From: Candidatus Spongiisociaceae bacterium
GTDB lineage: Bacteria > Actinomycetota > Acidimicrobiia > Spongiisociales > Spongiisociaceae
Assembly (NCBI GenBank): GCA_965219685.1
Contig: CBDCOH010000002.1
Location: 576,001-640,000, forward strand
DNA: 64,000 nt
Direction: 5' to 3'
The translations under genes and the position numbers were made by a program. Below are positions 1 to 9,307 of this stretch, piece by piece. The notes below the pieces were generated by a model. That model was not told the origin of the DNA. It worked only from the letters and a program-made list of their open reading frames with translations, and did not search any database. Each line of letters starts with the position of its first letter. Within the stretch, counting starts at the first letter, position 1.

Positions 1-1
1 C

Positions 2-172
2 TCGTCGCGCGGCTCTCCCGGAGGGTCGGCCCCCAACCGGGTGGCGGAGCATTGCGGATCGGTACTCGAGCGGGTTCGGGGAGCCCTAGAGTGGGCTCAA
101 GCTGCCAGGCACGCCCACGAGTCGGCGACCACCCGGCTGCTGGCGGAGGCTTCGGCCTTGGCAGAGCGGTGA
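2..172 (+). CDS. 3' end of a gene truncated by the window edge, argininosuccinate lyase-like C-terminus
   Basis: Open frame from window start to TGA at 170-172; SSRGSPGGSAPNRV resembles the ArgH C-terminal GGTAPxxV motif. Confidence 0.45.
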   Translation, partial: SSRGSPGGSAPNRVAEHCGSVLERVRGALEWAQAARHAHESATTRLLAEASALAER

Positions 173-196
173 CGGACTCGCGGTTGGGAGGTAACC

Positions 197-385
197 ATGC
201 CGGTGCTCAGGATCGTGTGTCCCGACTGCCGGAACGAGTATCGCTCGCTCGTGGTGGCCGGCGCCAAGGTTCCGACCGTCTGGGTGTGCCCGGAGTGCTC
301 GGGACGCGGAGCGAGGGTCGCCGAGGTGCTCCGCGAAGCAAACCATCCCTGGTCAGGCGAATCGATGGACGAATGCTGCGGATGA
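197..385 (+). CDS. FmdB-like zinc-ribbon small protein
   Basis: GGGAGG RBS; MPV...CPDC...CPEC zinc-ribbon pattern. Confidence 0.7.
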   Translation: MPVLRIVCPDCRNEYRSLVVAGAKVPTVWVCPECSGRGARVAEVLREANHPWSGESMDECCG

Positions 386-531
386 GACGGTCCGGCCGTC
401 GGGCGCGTAGCGCTGGCGTCTGTCGCTTACGGGTCGCGAGTAGTGGAGTTCCCGACACCGCGAGCGGCTCGGCGCAACTCTGGAGGATCCGGTTACCGGG
501 CGGTCGCAGTTAACATCCTGCCCAGCCTCGA

Positions 532-1953
532 ATGACCACCGAAGACCCGCTCGGTCCGGACGCGCCCGCGTACCAGGAGTCGGAAGCCCGCCGCCGTTGG
601 CTGCGGCTCATCATCGCGCTTGTCGTAATCAACTCCCTGGTGCTCGCGGGGATACTCGCATGGAGGCTTCTGAGGCCCGAACGCGTTGAGATCGTGCCCG
701 CCGAGCCACGCCCGGTGACGACCACCACGGGCGCAGGGTCGGAGCCCGAGGACCAACCGGTGGCCGCTCCATCCGAGGACGCCGATCCCGCGGACGAGGC
801 TTCCGTCGCCGACGATCCGGTTGCCGAACCCCCTCGCGTCGCGCTCGACGAGCCGGTGACCTTCCTCGTGATAGGAAGCGACACCCGCGAGAACCTCCCC
901 GACGACCTGGGGATCACCGATGAGTTGGGCGGACACCGGGCAGACGTGATCATGATCGCCGCCTACGACGGTCTGCGAGTCCGCCTACTCAGCCTGCCCC
1001 GTGACCTCCAGGTGGGCATCCAGGGGAGGATAAGGAAGCTCAACGCCGCCTACTCCATAGACGGTCCCAACCCCCAACTCCTGTACGAGACCGTGGTGAA
1101 CGAGACCGGCATCGATATCGACTACTACATCGAACTGGACTTCTTCGGCTTCGCGGGCATCGTGGATGGCCTGGGAGGGGTCGAACTCCACTTCCCGTAC
1201 CCGGCCAGGGACCTCAAGTCCCACCTGGATGTCGAAGCCGGCCTGCAACTCGTCGATGGGAAGACAGCTCTTGCCTATGCCCGATCACGCCAGTACCAGG
1301 AGTTCCGGGACGGAAGATGGGTCAGCGTCGACGCCGATGATCTGGGCCGGATCGGTCGCCAGCAGAGCCTGATATTCGCCATGCTGGCCGCGGCCAAGCG
1401 GCTGTCCGCCTTCGACATGTTCAGCGTCTCCCGGGTGCTGCGAGCGGTCGGTCAGCATCTCCGGGTCGATGCCCGCCTGAGTGACCGCCAACTCGTGGAG
1501 TTCGTGATCGAGGCGAGGAAGCTCGACAGGGAGGATATCGAGATCGTCACCCTGCCCGTGTTCGAGCGGCGGGAGGACGACGTGTCGTATCTGATCGCGA
1601 ACGGGGACGCGGCGGAGGCTGTTTACGGGTCTTTCAGGGGGGATCTTGGGGACTCCCCGGATGGGGCGCCGCCCTCCGAGCCGGCCCGGCTCCTGATACT
1701 GAACGGCAACGGCGGAGGCGGCGAAGCGGACAGGTGGAGGGTCGAGCTCGAGGACGGCGGTTTCGTGGTTGTCGAGGTCGACGACGCCGGTTCCTTCGAA
1801 TTCGAGGATACGGTGGTGACCGTGAGAGCCGGGGACCTCGATACAGGTGTCCTGATCGTGGATGCGCTGGGCTTCGGGGAGGTGAGAGCGGGTACGTTGG
1901 ACGAGGGACTCGACGCGGTGGTCGTGATCGGCGCCGATGCACTGGGCCGGTGA
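532..1953 (+). CDS. LCP (LytR-CpsA-Psr) family cell-wall glycopolymer ligase with LytR_C domain
   Basis: N-terminal TM helix; LVIGSD, RADVIM, SLPRD, KLNAAY, ARSR, DLGRIGRQQ motifs; C-terminal ILNGNG...VVIGAD. Confidence 0.92.
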   Translation: MTTEDPLGPDAPAYQESEARRRWLRLIIALVVINSLVLAGILAWRLLRPERVEIVPAEPRPVTTTTGAGSEPEDQPVAAPSEDADPADEASVADDPVAEPPRVALDEPVTFLVIGSDTRENLPDDLGITDELGGHRADVIMIAAYDGLRVRLLSLPRDLQVGIQGRIRKLNAAYSIDGPNPQLLYETVVNETGIDIDYYIELDFFGFAGIVDGLGGVELHFPYPARDLKSHLDVEAGLQLVDGKTALAYARSRQYQEFRDGRWVSVDADDLGRIGRQQSLIFAMLAAAKRLSAFDMFSVSRVLRAVGQHLRVDARLSDRQLVEFVIEARKLDREDIEIVTLPVFERREDDVSYLIANGDAAEAVYGSFRGDLGDSPDGAPPSEPARLLILNGNGGGGEADRWRVELEDGGFVVVEVDDAGSFEFEDTVVTVRAGDLDTGVLIVDALGFGEVRAGTLDEGLDAVVVIGADALGR

Positions 1954-1974
1954 CCGTCGCCGGCAGACTCGCTG

Positions 1975-3306
1975 ATGGGTAGCGTCCCCGGGTCCGTGGC
2001 CGTTCCTGAGAGTGGAGCGGCCGGGATGGGGTTAGCGGTCATCGGCGCCGGCTATATCGGTCTCGTCCAAGCGGCAGGACTGGTCAGTCTGGGGCATCGC
2101 GTTCGGGTCGGCGAGCGGGATCCGGCCAGGCTCCGAACTCTCCGGGCCGGGAAGTCGCCGATCTATGAGCCCGGCCTCGACTCGCTCATCTCCGAGGGCA
2201 TGGCGAGCGGGCGCCTGAGCTTCCATGCGTCCAACCGGGAAGCGGTCCGGGGCGCCGGCGTCGTGTTCATCGCCCTTCCCACCCCGTCCGCTCCCGACGG
2301 ATCGGTCGATACCAGTATCCTCCATGACGCGGTCGCGACCCTGGTCGGAACTCTGGAACGCGGCGCGGTGCTTGCTGTCAAGTCGACGGTTCCGGTAGGC
2401 ACCGCGCGCCGGCTGGCATCCCTTCCGGCGATCTCGGATCGGGGGGTCCGGGTAGTTTCCAATCCCGAGTTTCTCCGGGAGGGGAGCGCCGTGCACGACT
2501 TTCTCAACCCGGACCGGATTGTGATCGGAACCGCAGACCCGCGCGCGATCGAGATACTCGGCTCGCATGTCTACCGTGGGCTGGGCGGGGAACTGGTCGT
2601 CACCGATCCCGCCTCGGCCGAGATGATCAAGTACGCAGCCAACTCCTACCTTGCCACAAGGCTCAGCTTTGCAAACTCCATCGCCAACCTCTGCGAAGCG
2701 GTCGGCGCCGACGCCGCCGAGGTATTGGGGGGGATGGGCCGCGATCGCCGGATCGGACCGCACTACCTGCAGCCGGGTCCGGGGTACGGCGGTTCCTGCC
2801 TTCCGAAGGACACAAGGGCCCTGCTGTCGATCGCCGAGCGGAGCGGGTTCGACTTCGTCCTGCTCAGGGCGGTGATGGATGTCAACGATCTCCAGCGCAG
2901 TCGGATAATCGACAAGGTGGGGGAGGCGCTCGGGGGATCGGTCGACGGGGCGGTCGTCGGCCTGTGGGGCCTCGCGTTCAAGGCGGGTACCGACGACACC
3001 CGCGAGTCCCCGGCTAGGGACCTGGCGGAGCGGCTCCTGGAGGCCGGTGCCGTCGTGCAGGCCTACGACCCGAAGGTGAGCGCTCCGGTCTCCGGTGTGT
3101 TCCCCGCGGGCGACGCGGTCTCGGCGGCGTCCGGCGCCGATGTCCTGCTGGTTGCCACCGAGTGGAAGGAGTTCCGCGAGGTGGACCTTTCGGAAGTGCG
3201 GCGGGTCATGAGGGGTTCGGCGGTCGTCGATGCCCGGAACCTGCTGGATCCAGCGGAGGTCGAGGCCCGCGGACTCGCCTACGTGGGCGTCGGCAGCGTC
3301 AGGTGA
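1975..3306 (+). CDS. ugd: UDP-glucose 6-dehydrogenase
   Basis: GAGYIG, KSTVPVG, SNPEFLREG, GYGGSCLPKD, GLAFK motifs. Confidence 0.93.
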   Translation: MGSVPGSVAVPESGAAGMGLAVIGAGYIGLVQAAGLVSLGHRVRVGERDPARLRTLRAGKSPIYEPGLDSLISEGMASGRLSFHASNREAVRGAGVVFIALPTPSAPDGSVDTSILHDAVATLVGTLERGAVLAVKSTVPVGTARRLASLPAISDRGVRVVSNPEFLREGSAVHDFLNPDRIVIGTADPRAIEILGSHVYRGLGGELVVTDPASAEMIKYAANSYLATRLSFANSIANLCEAVGADAAEVLGGMGRDRRIGPHYLQPGPGYGGSCLPKDTRALLSIAERSGFDFVLLRAVMDVNDLQRSRIIDKVGEALGGSVDGAVVGLWGLAFKAGTDDTRESPARDLAERLLEAGAVVQAYDPKVSAPVSGVFPAGDAVSAASGADVLLVATEWKEFREVDLSEVRRVMRGSAVVDARNLLDPAEVEARGLAYVGVGSVR

Positions 3307-4268
3307 TGTCCTCGGTCGCGATGGCGACGATCGGAAGGGCGCTGGTAACAGGAGGAGCCGGGTTCGTCGGATCGCACCTGGTCGACCGGCTGGTCGACGA
3401 CGGTTGGGAAGTCCTGGTCCTCGACGATCTGTCGTCCGGGAAGGTGTCCCGGCTCGCCGGAGCCCGCCGCAGGGGCGCCGTTTCGATACACCAGATCGAC
3501 CTCCGGGCGGATGAACTGATGGGTACGGTGGGCCGTTTCTCCCCCGATCTGGTGTTCCATCTGGCGGCCCAGACCTCGGTCTCCGCCTCCGTGTCCGACC
3601 CCCGCCGGGACGCGGACATCAACATAGTCGGCGCCGTGAACCTGCTGGAGGCCTCGAGCAGGGCCGAGGTCAACCGGTTCGTCTTCACCTCCTCGGTCGC
3701 GGTGTACGGGCGGGAGGTGGACCTGCCCGCTCGGGAGACCTCGTCGCCGCGTCCCGAGTCTCCCTATGGCATCTCCAAGAAAGTGGTCGAGGACTACCTG
3801 AGGTTCTGGCGGCAGGAACGCGGTCTCGAATACACGGTGATCCGTCCCTCCAACATATACGGTCCGCGCCAGGACCCGTCCGGGGAGGCCGGCGTGGTAG
3901 CCGTGTTCAGTCGTTCCTGCGTGGACCGCAGAAGACCCACCATCTTCGGCTCGGGTACCGACACGCGCGACTACGTCTTCGTGGACGATGTGGTGGACGC
4001 TCTCCTGAGGGCGGCAGAACTGGGAGAAGGCGGGATCTACAACATAGGAACCGGGGTCGAGACCAGCACCGAGGAGGTCTTCGAGGCGGTAGCCCGCCAC
4101 GCCCGGTTCGGAGGCGGTGCGACACACGGTCCGCCCCGGCCCAGCGACGTCCCCCGCTCGGTCCTGGACTGGTCGCTCGCCCGCGACGAGTTGGGATGGC
4201 GCCCCTTCACCACCTTCGAGGAGGGTATCCGCTGGACCGTGGACTGGTTTGCGAGTGGTGAATGGTGA
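3306..4268 (+). CDS. NAD-dependent epimerase/dehydratase (UDP-glucose 4-epimerase-like)
   Basis: TGGAGFVG, PYGISK (YxxxK), NIYGPRQ; ATG overlaps the ugd stop; its own stop lies inside a heptamer array. Confidence 0.88.
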   Translation: MSSVAMATIGRALVTGGAGFVGSHLVDRLVDDGWEVLVLDDLSSGKVSRLAGARRRGAVSIHQIDLRADELMGTVGRFSPDLVFHLAAQTSVSASVSDPRRDADINIVGAVNLLEASSRAEVNRFVFTSSVAVYGREVDLPARETSSPRPESPYGISKKVVEDYLRFWRQERGLEYTVIRPSNIYGPRQDPSGEAGVVAVFSRSCVDRRRPTIFGSGTDTRDYVFVDDVVDALLRAAELGEGGIYNIGTGVETSTEEVFEAVARHARFGGGATHGPPRPSDVPRSVLDWSLARDELGWRPFTTFEEGIRWTVDWFASGEW

Positions 4269-4307
4269 GTGGTGAATGGTGAGTGGTGGCTGGTGAATGG
4301 TGGCTGG
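4253..4307 (+). repeat. heptamer tandem array TGGTGA(A/G)/TGGTGGC, 7 units
   Basis: Units read directly from 4256; overlaps the epimerase W-stop codons. Confidence 0.9.
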
Positions 4308-4327
4308 GGGTCTGATATGGTTTTGGC

Positions 4328-4786
4328 ATGGCGGACGAGCCCGGTTCATCTGTATGCCGGATCAAGGCGGTGACCGTCGACGCGGCTGATCCGGCGTCTC
4401 TGGCGGAGTTCTGGGGGTTCGCTCTGGGATATGTACTGCAGCCCCCGCCGGAGGGCTTCGAGACGTGGGAGGCGTTCGCCGACGCGCTCGATCTGCCCCA
4501 GGAGGATCGCGAGCGTTACGCGGCCGTTGTCGACCCGGACGGTGTGGGTCCCCGCGTTCTGTTCCAGAAGGTGCCCGAGGGCAAGACCGTCAAGAACCGC
4601 TGGCATCTGGACATCGACATCGTCGACTACGCATTGCCTCGAGACCAGCACGACACCAACCGGGAAGCCGGGATAGCGGCCCTTGTGGAGCGGGGCGCCA
4701 CGGAGGTGGAACGTTTCGATGTCCCACAGGGCAAGTGGGCGGTCATGACGGATCCCGAAGGCAACGAGTTCTGCGTGTTCCTGTAG
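4328..4786 (+). CDS. VOC (glyoxalase/bleomycin resistance) family protein
   Basis: VTVDAADP.SLAEFW, FQKVPEGKTVKNRWHLD, DPEGNEFC motifs. Confidence 0.9.
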   Translation: MADEPGSSVCRIKAVTVDAADPASLAEFWGFALGYVLQPPPEGFETWEAFADALDLPQEDRERYAAVVDPDGVGPRVLFQKVPEGKTVKNRWHLDIDIVDYALPRDQHDTNREAGIAALVERGATEVERFDVPQGKWAVMTDPEGNEFCVFL

Positions 4787-4787
4787 G

Positions 4788-4829
4788 TCCACGATTCACC
4801 ATTCACCATTCACCATTCACCATTCACTA
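4788..4829 (-). repeat. heptamer tandem array (TTCACCA)n on +, about 6 units
   Basis: Read directly; inverted relative to the 4253 array; contains the cofE TAG stop. Confidence 0.9.
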
Positions 4830-5528
4830 CCGAAACAGGTCGTCGTCCGGGTGCCTCACCAGGTCCGAAGCACTGCCGTCGTGGACCGGGAGTTCCAGCC
4901 CTCTCACCACCGCTGCGGGGATCCCCCTCGCCTTGCCCATGACCAGGTCCGCAGCAGCGGCGATCTCATCGGCGATGGCGACCTCGGTCACCTCTAGTGT
5001 GTTGCCGAACGTGTCCAGGGTGCCCCGGTGGTCGACTATGGCCGGGATTCCCGCCACGCCGATGGCGATGTCGGTCAAGCCGTGGCGCCACGCCCTGCCG
5101 AATGTATCCGTGATGACGACGCCGACGGTCACGCCGAGGGTGTTGAGGAGCCGGACGCGAATACGTCGAGCGGACCGGTCCGGATCGACCGGTAGGAGCA
5201 CCGCGCGGCCGGGAGCGACGTTGGAGCGATCCACCCCTGCGTTCGCGCACACGAATCCGTGCGCGGTCTCGGTGATCACGAGAGCGTCACGCCTCCGAAG
5301 GATCGCGGAGGCTTCCCGGAGTATCAACTCCCGATGGGCTTCGGGATCCGCGCCCACCTCCACGATCCGGCCCTCGACCTTGGAGACCAGCTTGTGGGTG
5401 ACGACCATCACGTCGTCCTCCTGCAGGGTCACCTGCGAGACTTCCAGCCCGCCGGTCAGGAGTTCCACCACGTCGTCGCCCGGTCGCGCCTCCCCGATCC
5501 CCTCCAGCGGGATAATCGAGACGGTCAT
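4827..5528 (-). CDS. cofE: coenzyme F420-0:gamma-glutamyl ligase (stand-alone CofE)
   Basis: KLVSKVEG, GFVCANAGVDRSN, DTFGRAWR, ADEIAAAADLVMGK motifs. Confidence 0.93.
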   Translation of the reverse strand: MTVSIIPLEGIGEARPGDDVVELLTGGLEVSQVTLQEDDVMVVTHKLVSKVEGRIVEVGADPEAHRELILREASAILRRRDALVITETAHGFVCANAGVDRSNVAPGRAVLLPVDPDRSARRIRVRLLNTLGVTVGVVITDTFGRAWRHGLTDIAIGVAGIPAIVDHRGTLDTFGNTLEVTEVAIADEIAAAADLVMGKARGIPAAVVRGLELPVHDGSASDLVRHPDDDLFR

Positions 5529-6448
5529 AGCAACTCCATGATGCGGGCGGCGAACGCAGTGGCGCGTTCCGGATCGGCCACAAGGGTGGATTCGACGTGG
5601 ACGGAGACACCTGATGCGGCCAACCCGTCACGATCTTCCCGGTCCCCGTTGTCGATGAACAAGTCGTCCAGTAGTCCCTCGTAAGCCGCGAGGACCCCGG
5701 CGTTGCCGGGAGGCAGGCCGAGAGAGGCCATGACCCGGTCGGCGGGACCCTTGAGAGCGCGGCCCCCGAACAGTGGGCTGACCGCCATCACCCGCGGCGC
5801 GCCCTCGAGAGCTGCGGCGACGTCACGGATCGCCAGGATCGGCCATATGGACAGGGGTGGGTTCGAGGGGGCGATGACCACCACGTCGGCGGTGCGGATA
5901 GCCTCGACCACGCCAGGGGCGGCTGTGGCCTCGGCCGCACCCGTGTACCGCACCTCGAGGACCTCGTCGCGGTGGCCGCGCATCACGAAGTACTCCTGGA
6001 ACGGCATCCAGAGATGGGGTCCGGTGCTGATCTCGGTGCGCAGGGGGTGGTTGGTGGCGGGCAAGATCTTCGATCGGATGCCCAAGGCGCCCGCCAGGGA
6101 CGCGGTGATCTCGTGAAGCCGATCTCCGGCGTCGAGCCGCATGGTCCTGCAGATGTTCAGGGCCGCGTCGGCGTCTCCCAGCCGGAATGTCGTGTCGACA
6201 CCCAAGCTGTCCAGGTGTTCCATCAGCACCATGGTGTCTCCGGCACGTCCCCAACCATGGGGTCCCTCCACCCCCGCCAGCGTGTACAGCACCGTGTCGA
6301 TGTCCGGCGATACCGAGAGCCCGTACATGGTGTCGTCATCGCCTACGTTGACTACCACCGTGGTCCTGACATCGGGGAGGTGCTCGAAGCCGCGGGCCAG
6401 CCGGGCGCCTCCGACACCGCCGGAGATTAGGGCAACGGCACGCGTCAA
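5525..6448 (-). CDS. cofD: 2-phospho-L-lactate/PEP transferase CofD (FbiA)
   Basis: SGGVGGAR, NVGDD, PDIDTVLYTLAG, FQEYFV, PSNP, GPAD motifs. Confidence 0.93.
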   Translation of the reverse strand: MTRAVALISGGVGGARLARGFEHLPDVRTTVVVNVGDDDTMYGLSVSPDIDTVLYTLAGVEGPHGWGRAGDTMVLMEHLDSLGVDTTFRLGDADAALNICRTMRLDAGDRLHEITASLAGALGIRSKILPATNHPLRTEISTGPHLWMPFQEYFVMRGHRDEVLEVRYTGAAEATAAPGVVEAIRTADVVVIAPSNPPLSIWPILAIRDVAAALEGAPRVMAVSPLFGGRALKGPADRVMASLGLPPGNAGVLAAYEGLLDDLFIDNGDREDRDGLAASGVSVHVESTLVADPERATAFAARIMELL

Positions 6449-6484
6449 CGATACCGTCCTGCTTGGTAGGTCATTGCCTTAGCC

Positions 6485-9307
6485 GTGCCGTCGATACAGA
6501 ATGGGGCTTCGATGACCTTTCCCTCCGAAACGTCCGATCGTCCCCGCGTGCTCGCGGTGGTGGTTGCCCGCAGGGGCGACGACATTGGCGCGGTTCTCGA
6601 GAGCATCGGAGGGCAAGTGTACGGAATCGAGGGCGTCGTTGTGGTGGGCGATCGTTCCCAGGTCTTCCCCGCGGACACCGCCATCCAACCCAAACGGGTC
6701 AGATCGATGAGCGAGGTACTGGCGATAGCCGGCGATCGGGTCGAGTACCTATGGCTCCTGGACTCCCGCACCACCGCCCGGCGCGATGCCCTGGCCGCAC
6801 TGGTCGCGACGGCCATCCAGGTGGATGCGTCGATTGTGGGTTCCAAGGTCCTCGACGTGGCCAATCCTCAACAGCTGGTTTCGGTCGGCGGCGCCACCGA
6901 CGTGTTCGGGTTTCCCTTCAGCGGGTTGGAGCGGGGAGAGCTCGACCAGGAGCAATTCGACGTGATCAGGGACGTGGCCTCGTTGGAGCCCGCGTCGATG
7001 CTGGTGAGGCGGGACCTGGCCGGAGGGCTCGGTGGGCTGGACCGGAAGCTCCCCTACGTAGCGACCGGCCTCGACCTGTGCCAGAGGGCGAGGGTGGTGG
7101 GCGGCCGGGTCGTGTTGGGTCCGACCTCAGAGGTGTTCACGCGGGCCTCCGGTGAGGACCGTGTCGACACCTGGCGCGAGCAGGCGGGCCGTATCCGGGT
7201 GATGATCAAGACGTACTCGGTCGTGACCCTTCTGTGGGCCCTCCCCGGGCTTCTCCTCGTCGGTCTGCTGAGCGCCCTCTACCGGACCGCCCGTGGTTCA
7301 TGGCGGGCTCTTCCCGACTGGATGGGTGCTTGGTTGTGGAACATCCGGCACCTGGCCTCCACGCTGGAGATCCGGCGGCGCGCCCCGGCTGTCTCCTTGG
7401 ATTCCGATGCGGAGTTGTTCCGTTTCCAGGTGACGGGGTCTGTGCAGATGCGGGCGATTGCGTCCGATCTGGGGGCGATGCTCGGCGCCGGTCCGGAGTT
7501 CGATGAGGAAGAGGACCGGCTCGACGAGTCGCCGACGTTCTGGCAGAAGCCGTCGGTACTGGCCGTCGCCGCAGGTGTTGCGTTCCTGATCGTGTTGACC
7601 CGGTCGATCCTGATGGAGGGGCTGCCGGTTACCGGCTTTGCACTGCCGATGCCGGAGTCGGCCTGGGACACGCTGCGCGCCTATGCCGGCGGATGGCACC
7701 TGGCAGGTCTCGGCAGTTCCGAGCCCATGCATCCCTCGGTGGCGGCGACAGCCGCCGCTCAATTGATCCTGGGTAACCGGGGCGCACTCGCAGCCAGCCT
7801 CCTGACGGTCGGTTCGGCTGCCTCTGCTGCGGTGGGACTGTTCGTGCTGGTGCGCCGCGCCGGCCTGGGTCTCGGAGCAGGAATGCTGGCCGGCGGTGTC
7901 TACCTGGCCGGGTTCCCCACGCTGGTGCTGGCGGGTGAGGGTTACTGGCCCGGTCTCCTGGCCCTGGGAGGCATCCCGTGGGCGTGTGCAGGGATCGTGG
8001 CGCCCGCCCCGTCCGGCGTGGTGGGATGGATTGGCCGCCTCGCCCGAGTCGGTCTCGCCACCGCCTGGTCCGCGGTTTTCGTCCCGTTTCTAGCGGTCGT
8101 GCCGCTCATCTTCGGAGCTGCCTGGGCGTTGGCGAGTCGCAAGGGCCGCAGCCTGCCCGTTGGCCTCGGGGGCTCGTTGATGGCGGTCCCGATCCTTCTA
8201 CCCTGGCCGGTGGCGCGGGAAGCCTCCTCGATCGTGGAGGGCGGTGTCCCGTTCCACCCCGATCCGGCTTGGTGGGTGTCCCTCCCGATCGTCGTTGCCG
8301 CTTTGGCGGCCGGTACCTCGGGTCGCGGCCGTCCGTTGAACCTTGCCATAACCGGTGTGCTGATCGGCTCCGCCGGGTTCTTCGCAGCCCGGGCGGCAAG
8401 TCTCGGGGCAGGGCTGGAGGTCACGGCGGCCGGTCTACTCCTCACCAGCCTGGGATTGGCCCTGGTGGTAGCGGGCGCCGTGGAGGGCGTCTCGACGCTT
8501 GGGTCGGCACGGTTTTTCCGACGCTCAGCCGCCTACGTGGGGGTCGGAGCAGCGGCCCTGATCGGGTTGGCGACGGTGGTGGCGCTTCCATCCGGGCGCA
8601 TGGGTCTGCCGGAAGACCGGTTCGGGACGCTGGGGTTCGCGGAGCGTCGCGCCGAGTCGCATGGCGCCGACCGCATCCTGCTGGCCGGGCCCGGTGAGAG
8701 TCTGCCCGGTGAGTTCCGGCGCCTGCCCGATGGAGCGGCCTACCGCGTGGTCGGTGGAAGTCTGGACTACCCGCAGGCCTGGCTTCCACAACCACTCGGG
8801 GGCGACCTCGAACTGGAGGGTGCGCTGTCCCGCCTGTTGGCAGGTGAAGAACTGCGCCCTGGCCGCGTTCTGGCCGAGTACGGGATCAGATGGGTAGTCG
8901 CCACGGGTCCGACCCCACTTACCGAGGCCATGGGGGCCCAACTCGACCTTCGCCCGCTCAGCGGACTCTTCATCGCCGAGTCCGGAGGCGTGTGGGAGAA
9001 CACTGCTGACGCCTACCGGGCCGTTACCGACCGGGGGGTTCCCTGGTCGTGGAGCCCCCCGGAGTACGAGGGACGGTCCTCGGATGGCTCGGTGCGGTTG
9101 AGCGAGAACGCCGATCCCGGCTGGGGTCCCGGGACTTGGGAACCCGCCGGATGGGCCAACCGGGTCTCTGCGGAGTCGGGGGTGGCCTTCTTCGAGGGTG
9201 TGGCGTCCCACCGCCTCATGGCCCAGGCGGCCGCAGCATGGGTGCTGATCCTGGGAGTTCTCGCCTTCGGCCTGCATCCTCTCCGCCGGCGGGAGTCGGC
9301 GGGATGA
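6485..9307 (+). CDS. GT2-like glycosyltransferase domain fused to a multi-pass membrane region
   Basis: N-terminal GT2-like fold (GELDQEQFD, DLCQRAR) then many TM helices; precedes a DUF5719-like gene as in actinobacteria; start may be ATG 6512. Confidence 0.75.
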   Translation: MPSIQNGASMTFPSETSDRPRVLAVVVARRGDDIGAVLESIGGQVYGIEGVVVVGDRSQVFPADTAIQPKRVRSMSEVLAIAGDRVEYLWLLDSRTTARRDALAALVATAIQVDASIVGSKVLDVANPQQLVSVGGATDVFGFPFSGLERGELDQEQFDVIRDVASLEPASMLVRRDLAGGLGGLDRKLPYVATGLDLCQRARVVGGRVVLGPTSEVFTRASGEDRVDTWREQAGRIRVMIKTYSVVTLLWALPGLLLVGLLSALYRTARGSWRALPDWMGAWLWNIRHLASTLEIRRRAPAVSLDSDAELFRFQVTGSVQMRAIASDLGAMLGAGPEFDEEEDRLDESPTFWQKPSVLAVAAGVAFLIVLTRSILMEGLPVTGFALPMPESAWDTLRAYAGGWHLAGLGSSEPMHPSVAATAAAQLILGNRGALAASLLTVGSAASAAVGLFVLVRRAGLGLGAGMLAGGVYLAGFPTLVLAGEGYWPGLLALGGIPWACAGIVAPAPSGVVGWIGRLARVGLATAWSAVFVPFLAVVPLIFGAAWALASRKGRSLPVGLGGSLMAVPILLPWPVAREASSIVEGGVPFHPDPAWWVSLPIVVAALAAGTSGRGRPLNLAITGVLIGSAGFFAARAASLGAGLEVTAAGLLLTSLGLALVVAGAVEGVSTLGSARFFRRSAAYVGVGAAALIGLATVVALPSGRMGLPEDRFGTLGFAERRAESHGADRILLAGPGESLPGEFRRLPDGAAYRVVGGSLDYPQAWLPQPLGGDLELEGALSRLLAGEELRPGRVLAEYGIRWVVATGPTPLTEAMGAQLDLRPLSGLFIAESGGVWENTADAYRAVTDRGVPWSWSPPEYEGRSSDGSVRLSENADPGWGPGTWEPAGWANRVSAESGVAFFEGVASHRLMAQAAAAWVLILGVLAFGLHPLRRRESAG

